From Bacillota bacterium (GTDB taxonomy: Bacteria > Bacillota > Sulfobacillia > Thermaerobacterales > RSA17), in assembly GCA_017577485.2 (NCBI GenBank), contig PKRI02000005.1:1005-65004 (forward strand): DNA of 64,000 nt. Direction: 5' to 3'. A model generated the notes under the pieces. The model saw nothing but the letters and a program-made list of their open reading frames with translations, searched no databases and was not told the DNA's origin. Below, piece after piece: positions 61,843 through 64,000 of this stretch (position 1 is its first letter; every line of letters starts with the position of its first letter). The position numbers were made by a program, and so were the translations under genes.

Positions 61843-62583
61843 GTGAGGGGCGGGGAGCACGCCTTCGAGGCTGTCGTCTTCGACCTGGGCCTCACGCTGA
61901 TCCGCTATCCCCGGGAGCAGATCATGGGCGGCCTGCTCGAGCGCCTGGGCCGTCCCGTGGAAGCCGGACGCCTGGCGGCCGCCTACTACCGGACGGACAA
62001 GTACTTCATGCGGGAACATCCCGGCCTGCTGGCCCAGGACCCCCGCACCTACTATTCCCGTTACCTGGAGCGGCTGTTCGCTGAACTGGACCTGGACCTG
62101 GATCCCCGCCGGGTGGCGGAGATGATGTTCTCCCAGCCGCGGCCCCGGGCCGACTGGGAGCCTTACCCCGAAACCCGCGCGGTGCTGGAGGACCTGCGTG
62201 CCCGGGGCTACCGCCTGGGGCTGGTGTCCAACTGGGACGCGTCGGGGCCGGCCACCGTGGCGCGCCTGGGCCTGGACCGGCTGCTGGACGCGGCGCTGTT
62301 TTCGGCCCTGGAGGGCGTGGCCAAACCCGACCCCGAGATCTTCCGCCGGGCCGCCCGCCGCCTGGGCTTGCCCGCCGGCCGCATCCTCTACGTCGGCGAC
62401 AACTACCACGACGATGCCCCGGGCGCCCTGGCCGCGGGGTTCCGCTTCGTGCTGATCGACCGGCTGCCCCACGTGGACTGCGGGGAGACCTGGGACTGCC
62501 CCGTGGTCCATGACCTGTGGGGCGTGGTGCGATACCTGGAGGAGGGACGGGGCGGCGGCCCCGCCGCGGGGGCCGCCCGCTGA
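61843..62583 (+). CDS. HAD-superfamily hydrolase (subfamily IA)
   Basis: AVVFDLGLTLI (motif I), LVSNWD (motif II), KPDPEIF and VGDNYHDDAPGALAAG (motifs III/IV). The start is trimmed to GTG 61843 behind GGGGAGGG. The track start is TTG 61798. Confidence 0.8.
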   Translation: MRGGEHAFEAVVFDLGLTLIRYPREQIMGGLLERLGRPVEAGRLAAAYYRTDKYFMREHPGLLAQDPRTYYSRYLERLFAELDLDLDPRRVAEMMFSQPRPRADWEPYPETRAVLEDLRARGYRLGLVSNWDASGPATVARLGLDRLLDAALFSALEGVAKPDPEIFRRAARRLGLPAGRILYVGDNYHDDAPGALAAGFRFVLIDRLPHVDCGETWDCPVVHDLWGVVRYLEEGRGGGPAAGAAR

Positions 62584-62609
62584 CCGCCGCCCAGCCTGGA
62601 GGTGCAGCG

Positions 62610-64000
62610 ATGCGCGCGAGGAGTCTTGCCACGAGGGCCGGCCGGCGCCGGACGGCGGCAGCGGCGGTGACCGCGGCGGCGCTGTGGCTGGCCGCCTGCG
62701 GTACTCCCGGCTCCGGCCCCGGGGGCGGGAGCGCCGGCGGCCCGGGAGCGGCTCCGGCGGACCCCGGCCCGGCCGCGGCGGAACCCCGCCACGGGGGGAC
62801 GCTGGTGGTGGCGGTGCCCGTGGAGCCGCCCAACGGGTTCGATCCCCACAAGGTGGAGGCCGCCGCCGCCTTCGAGATCGCCGTCAACTTTTTCGACACG
62901 CTGGTCCGGGCGTCGCCCGACGGCCGGATCGTGCCGGGCCTGGCGGAATGGTGGGAAGTATCCGAGGACGGGAGGACTTATACCTTCATCCTTCGTGACA
63001 ACGCCCGCTTCCACAACGGCCGGCCGGTGACGTCCCGCGACGCGGCCTTCAGCCTCCGGCGCATCCTGGACGAGGCCACCGGCGCCCCGCGCCGGGCCGA
63101 TTACGCCTCCATCGTCGAGATCGAGACGCCCGACGACCGCACGCTGGTCCTGCGCACCGCCGACTACGACGCGGCGCTGCTGGCCAACCTGGCCAACCTC
63201 AACGCCGCCGTCGTGCCGGAAGAGGCGGTGGACACGCTGTCCAACCGGCCCGTGGGCAGCGGGCCCTTCCGCTTCGCCGCCTGGGAACCCGGCTCACGGA
63301 TCATCCTGGAGCGGTTCGACGACTACTGGGACGGCGACCTGCCGTACCTGGACCGGGTGGAGTTCCGGTTCATCGACAACCCGGCCACGGCCCTGGCGGC
63401 GCTGCAGGCCGGCGACATCCACCTGATTCCCCGCATGACCGGCAGCGACGCCCTCATGCTGGAGGCGGACCCGGCCTTCAAGGTGGTGTCGGGTCCCCAG
63501 AACCTGGTCCAGTTGATGGCCATCAACAACGCGGCGGAGCCCTTCGACGACCCGCGGGTGCGGCAGGCCATCCTCCACGCCGTGGACCGCCAGGCCATCA
63601 TCGCCGGCGCCTCCTGGGGCTTCGGGACGCCCATCGCCACCCACATGACGCCGGTGCTGCCCTTCTACAATCCGGCCACCGAGCAGGTTTATCCCCACGA
63701 CCCGGACCGGGCCCGGGCGCTGCTGCGGGAAGCCGGCTACGAGCAGGGCCTGGAGGCGGTCCTGACCCTGCCCGAGCCCTACTCCCTGCACATCCAGTCC
63801 GGCGAGATCATCGCCGAGCAGCTGGAGGCGGTAGGCATCCGGCTCCGACTGGAGGTGGTGGAGTGGGGAACCTGGCTGGAACGGGTCTACGGCGACCGGC
63901 AGTTCCAGTTGACCATCATCGGGCATACGGGGCGCCTGGACCCCGACGCCCTGCTGGGGCGCTACGCCTCCGATCACGGCAGCAACTACTTCAGCTACAA
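62610..64000 (+). CDS. ABC transporter substrate-binding lipoprotein, family 5 (peptide/nickel type); 3' end runs off the right edge
   Basis: Absent from the track because it is edge-truncated. My translation is MRARSLATRAGRRRTAAAAVTAAALWLAACG (lipobox), then GGTLVVAV...FDPHK and LVRASPDGRIVPGLAEWWEVSEDGRTYTFILRDNARFHNGRPVTSRD. RBS GGAGGTG is 6 nt upstream. Confidence 0.85.
   Translation, partial: MRARSLATRAGRRRTAAAAVTAAALWLAACGTPGSGPGGGSAGGPGAAPADPGPAAAEPRHGGTLVVAVPVEPPNGFDPHKVEAAAAFEIAVNFFDTLVRASPDGRIVPGLAEWWEVSEDGRTYTFILRDNARFHNGRPVTSRDAAFSLRRILDEATGAPRRADYASIVEIETPDDRTLVLRTADYDAALLANLANLNAAVVPEEAVDTLSNRPVGSGPFRFAAWEPGSRIILERFDDYWDGDLPYLDRVEFRFIDNPATALAALQAGDIHLIPRMTGSDALMLEADPAFKVVSGPQNLVQLMAINNAAEPFDDPRVRQAILHAVDRQAIIAGASWGFGTPIATHMTPVLPFYNPATEQVYPHDPDRARALLREAGYEQGLEAVLTLPEPYSLHIQSGEIIAEQLEAVGIRLRLEVVEWGTWLERVYGDRQFQLTIIGHTGRLDPDALLGRYASDHGSNYFSY

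Noticed and set aside
1-64000. A window-wide look for tRNA, rRNA, tmRNA, CRISPR arrays, transposase or integrase genes, toxin-antitoxin pairs and known defence systems.
   Set aside because: I found none by eye. The window is syntenic core chromosome (sporulation, translation, folate, isoprenoid and transport genes). The only clearly non-protein feature is the large RNA at about 27010-27682.

Overview
Very GC-rich (about 70%+) chromosomal segment. The spoIIIAA-AH operon and the gene order efp ... spoIIIA - asp23 - nusB - folD - xseA - xseB - ispA - tlyA point to a high-GC, endospore-forming Firmicute, possibly Thermaerobacter- or Symbiobacterium-like (inference only). I support about 60 protein genes. 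These include a beta-oxidation/ETF module, zinc export (ArsR-family regulator plus P1B-ATPase) and zinc import (znuA-zur-znuCB), 5-oxoprolinase pxpABC, and a Liv-type ABC transporter next to a gntR-dapA-like-FAH-hpaB cluster. They also include bdbCD, paaK-paaI, two MFS transporters, a DASS transporter and a partial peptide-binding lipoprotein. Many long ORFs in the track are antisense shadows caused by the GC bias and are rejected. I saw no rRNA, tRNA, CRISPR array, IS element, prophage or recognisable defence genes.

The standout feature is a roughly 760-nt gap with no credible ORF between ispA and a 4-TM protein gene. It has its own TATAAT box, a perfect 10-bp 5'/3' closing helix, many nested hairpins and AT-rich islands. 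In exactly this synteny, that fits an OLE-class large structured RNA with its OapA partner.

Other observations worth a second look:
- EF-P carries Arg instead of the normally modified Lys at the loop tip.
- A 27-nt AT-rich operator-like motif occurs at both the liv-type operon and the gntR gene.
- LivM, LivG and LivF are fused into one polypeptide.
- PxpC is fused to a BCCP-like domain whose biotinyl-lysine is replaced by Gln.
- A 5-formyl-THF cyclo-ligase-like domain is fused to a Mug glycosylase domain.
- An RnfC/NqrA-like protein has permuted domain order and no Fe-S motifs.
- An orphan LexA (Cheo) box promoter drives a 55-codon ORF.
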